Assembly (NCBI RefSeq): GCF_009914755.1
Contig: NC_060926.1
Length of the DNA stretch: 64,000 nucleotides
From: the human T2T-CHM13v2.0 reference genome, Homo sapiens
Direction: 5' to 3' (one strand)
Shown: positions 60,652 to 64,000 of the stretch, piece after piece
Position numbering within the stretch: position 1 is the first letter of the stretch
Layout: each line of letters begins with the position of its first letter
The notes under the pieces: generated by a model
Database searches by the model: none
Seen by the model: only the letters and a program-made list of their open reading frames with translations
Told to the model about the DNA's origin: nothing
Translations under genes and position numbers: made by a program

Positions 60652-62250
60652 GGAACTCTCTAATAGACATTTCTGTGATGATGAAAACATTTTATTCTGA
60701 TATGTCTAGTACAGAACCACTAGCCTCACGTAGCTATTGAGCATAATAGCTACTGAAATGGAGAAAGTACTTTTTATTATTTTTCAGCATTTTTAGAATT
60801 TATTTTTATTTCTGAGATTTTGATGCTCCCATCACCAAAGCAATGTACACTGTACCCAATGTGTAGTCTTTTATTCTTTATCCCCCTCCCACCCTTCCCC
60901 CGAGTCCCCAAAGTCCCATGTATCATTCTTATGACTTTGTATCCTCATAGCTTAGCTCCCACTTATAAGTAAGAACATAGAATGTGTGGTTTTTCATTCC
61001 TGAATTACTTCACTTAGAATAATAGTCTCCAATTCCATCTAGGTTGCTGCAAATGCCATTATTTCATTCCTTTTTATGGCTGAGTAGTATTCCATGGGTA
61101 CATATGTACTGTATTTTCTTTATCCACTAGTTGGTTGATGGGCATTTGGGCTGGTTCCATGTTTTTGCAATTGCAAATTGTGTTGCTATAAACATGCGTG
61201 TGCAAGTATCTTTTTTGTGGTTTTGATTTGCATTTATCTGATAATTAGTGATGTTTAGCATCTTTCCATATGCTTGTTGACCATCTGTATATCTTCTTTT
61301 GAGAATTGTCTATTCATGTCTTTAGCCCACTTTTTGATGGGATTATTTGTTCTTTTTTTGCTGATTTGTTTGAGTTCTTTGTAGATCTGGATATTAGTCC
61401 TTTGTCAGATGTATAGATTGTGAAGATTTTCTCCTACTCTGTGGATTGTCTGTTAGCTCTGCTGATTATTTCTTTTGTTGTGCAAAAGCTTTTTAGTTTA
61501 AGTCCCATCTATTTATCTTTGTTTTAGTTGCATTTGCTTTTGGATTCTTGATCATGAAGTCTTTACCTAAGCCAGTGTCAAGAAGGGATTTTCTGAGGTT
61601 ATCTTCTAGAATTTTTATGGTTTCAGTTCTTAGATTTAAGTCTTTGATCCATCTTGAGTTGATCTTTGTATAAGGTGAGAGATGAGGATCCAGTTTCATT
61701 CTTCCAAATGTAGCTTGCCAAATATCCCAGCACCATTTGTTGAATAGCGTGTCATCTCCTTATCTTATGTTTTTGTTTGCTTTGTTGAAGATCAGTTGGC
61801 TGTTAAGTATTTGGCTTTATTTCTAGGTTCTCCATTTTGTTCCATTGGTCTATGCACCTATTTTTATACCAGTACCATGCTGTTTTGGTGACTATGGCAT
61901 TGTAGTATAGTTTGAAGTTGGGTAATGTGATCCTCTGATTTGTTCTTCTTGCTTAGTCTTTCTTTGGCTATGCAGGTTCTTCTTTGTTTCTATATGAATT
62001 TTAGGATTGTTTTTTCTAGTTCTGTGAAGAATGATGGTGGTATTTTGATGGGAATTGCATTGAATTTGTAGATTGCTTTTGGCAGTATGGTCATTTTCAC
62101 AATATTTATTCTACCAATGCATGAGCGTGGGATGTGTTTCCATTTGTTTGTGTTATCTATGAATAAATTACTTTTTAATTTTACTTAATTTAAATTTAAG
62201 TAGCCACATGTAGATATTGACTCATAAGTTATAGAGTCAGCTCTAGATAT
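60652..62250. mobile_element. MER3-like hAT element split by an L1 insertion
   Basis: Left half ctaatagacatttctgtgatgatgaaaac...gctattgagca; right half atttaaatttaagtagccacatgt. Confidence 0.65.
60776..62162 (-). mobile_element. L1PB-like 5'-truncated element
   Basis: ccccgagtccccaaagtcc...cctcatagcttagctcccact 3' UTR; minus [25 protein letters not shown]; flanks aaagtacttttt / aaattacttttt. Confidence 0.88.
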
Positions 62251-62304
62251 TATTCCTCTATAATTCTGGGGCACTGCAAATATCTTCTTTTTATCAGTGG
62301 TTTT

Positions 62305-62922
62305 CAACATGGTACAGAAATGGGGAAAGGACCTGAGTAGACATTTCTTGAAAGAAGACATACAAATAGTTGACAGGCATATAAAAAGGTGATTAGCATC
62401 ACTAATCATCAGGGAAATCAAATCAAACCACAATAAAATATCATCTCATACCTGCTAGAATGTCTATGATCAAAAAGAAGAAAGGTAACAAGTATTGACA
62501 AGGATGTGGAGAAAGGGAGACCCTTGTACACTATTGTATAAATTGGTACAGCCATTATAGAAAACTATGTAGAGATTCCTCAAAAAATTAAAAATAGAAC
62601 TAGCTACATTCATCATTCACTTCTTGGTATATAAACAGAAGAAATGAAAATAGTATATTGAAAGGAGATTTGCACTCCCATGTTTATTTGCACAGTTGCC
62701 AAGATATGCAAACAACCTAAATGTCCATTGATAAATGAATAAAGAAAATGTGATATATATATACACACACATACACATGTACATATATACACATATGCAA
62801 TGGAATTCTAGCTAGGCTTTTATAAAGAAGAAAATCTTACCATGGTGAACCTGGAGGACATTATGCTATGTAAAATAAGCCAGACACAGGCAGAAAAATA
62901 TTGCATGATCTCCCTTTTATGT
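62305..62922 (+). mobile_element. L1MA-like 3' fragment
   Basis: aaagaagacatacaaat, catcactaatcatcagggaaat and gaacctggaggacattatgct motifs. Confidence 0.8.
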
Positions 62923-62923
62923 A

Positions 62924-63475
62924 TGTCTTATTTCATCTTCTGTTGTTATAACAATATTATAAATTGACTAATTTATAAAGAAAAGAAGTTTATTTAGCTC
63001 ATGATTTTGGAGACTGGGAAGTCCACGAGCATGACACAGGCATCTTGTGAGGCTCTCCTTGCTGTGTCATAACACGCCAGAGGGCATTGCATGGAGAGAG
63101 GGCAAGAGAATGTGCGTCAGCTCAGGTCTCCTTTTATCTTCTGTTAAAGCCACCGTTTCGTCATCAGGACCCCAGCCTGATAATCTTATCAAATTCTGAT
63201 TACCTCCCAAAGGCCCCACCATCAATCAGTGTATGAATTTGGGTATTAAGTTTCAAATGCATGAAATTTGGGGTCACTCAGAAGTCCATAGTCTCATTCG
63301 AGACTTCAGACACAACTCATTCTGAATCAAATTTTCCTCCAGTTGTGAGTCTGTGAAATCAAAATAAATTGTCTACATCCAAAATACAATGGTCAGACAG
63401 GCATAGGATAGACAGTCACATTCTAAAAGGGAGCAACAGGAAAGAAGAAAGGGTAAATAGGTCCCAAGTAAGTCT
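62924..63475 (-). mobile_element. MST-family MaLR LTR plus adjoining internal sequence
   Basis: taatttataaagaaaagaagtttatttagctca...ctgggaagtcc LTR, then ccaaaatacaatggt...ggcataggatagaca internal motif. Confidence 0.75.
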
Positions 63476-64000
63476 TGTTGATCTAAAGGAAGAAACTAAG
63501 ACAACAAACATAATTTTAAAGAGCTTATTTGAGCCAAGGTGAGGACAGCTGCCTGGGAAACACTTCCAATTTGCCTTGGGATGTACTTCATTCAGCCTTT
63601 GTTACAAACAGATTTTTAAAGGAAAAGAGGGGTACAAATAATGGCTTAATACAAGGTTGTTAGGAATTATCATTAGTTTGCAAAATGATATTGGTTAGTG
63701 ATTAGCTATACATTGTTGAACTATATGGTATGAGTTATGGTGTCCAGCATGACTCTTGTCATCCACAAGGATGGCTAAAGAGTAGAAATGAGAGCTCTCT
63801 TGGTGATACCACTTTGCAGACTGGGAAGAGATGGTCCCTGGCATGTGCCGAAGGTGCTCTCTGAAGAGAGGAAGGATGGAATGGGTTTTATGCCTCATAG
63901 GGCCTGTATCACACAATAGTATCATAATGTTCATCAAGTTTTGGGGAAAAGCTGTACATATTTATGAGGGGAGCTGAGCACATGTGCAATGAGTAAACAT
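63476..64000 (-). mobile_element. MER4-family ERV1 LTR (runs off window)
   Basis: tgttgatctaaaggaagaaact...ttatttgagccaagg terminus. Confidence 0.6.

Overview
Human-type, AT-rich, repeat-dense 64 kb window (Alu, L1, L2, MIR, MaLR/ERV LTRs, DNA-transposon fossils; a human-lineage AluYb element is present). It holds one protein-coding gene, TDRD15, a multi-Tudor germline protein of 1934 aa encoded by one uninterrupted 5.8 kb stretch (28671-34475, + strand). A CpG-rich promoter at ~15.0-15.5 kb and three short non-coding exons can be inferred from splice signals; together they form an ATG-free 5' UTR. The other ORFs in the track are repeat-derived or chance. I find no wholly new biological system. 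The best leads all concern TDRD15: (1) a frameshifted vestigial C-terminal tail in the 3' UTR that ends on a splice-donor-like site; (2) two 5' UTR exons apparently exonised from antisense L1 and MIR elements; (3) a ~34-unit dyad+(GT)n composite VNTR in intron 1; (4) clustered E2F6-type motifs at the promoter; (5) a strong CTCF-like motif upstream; (6) only 3 of 8 Tudor domains keep an intact methyl-arginine cage. Repeat subfamily names were assigned by eye from remembered consensus sequences and repeat boundaries are approximate.
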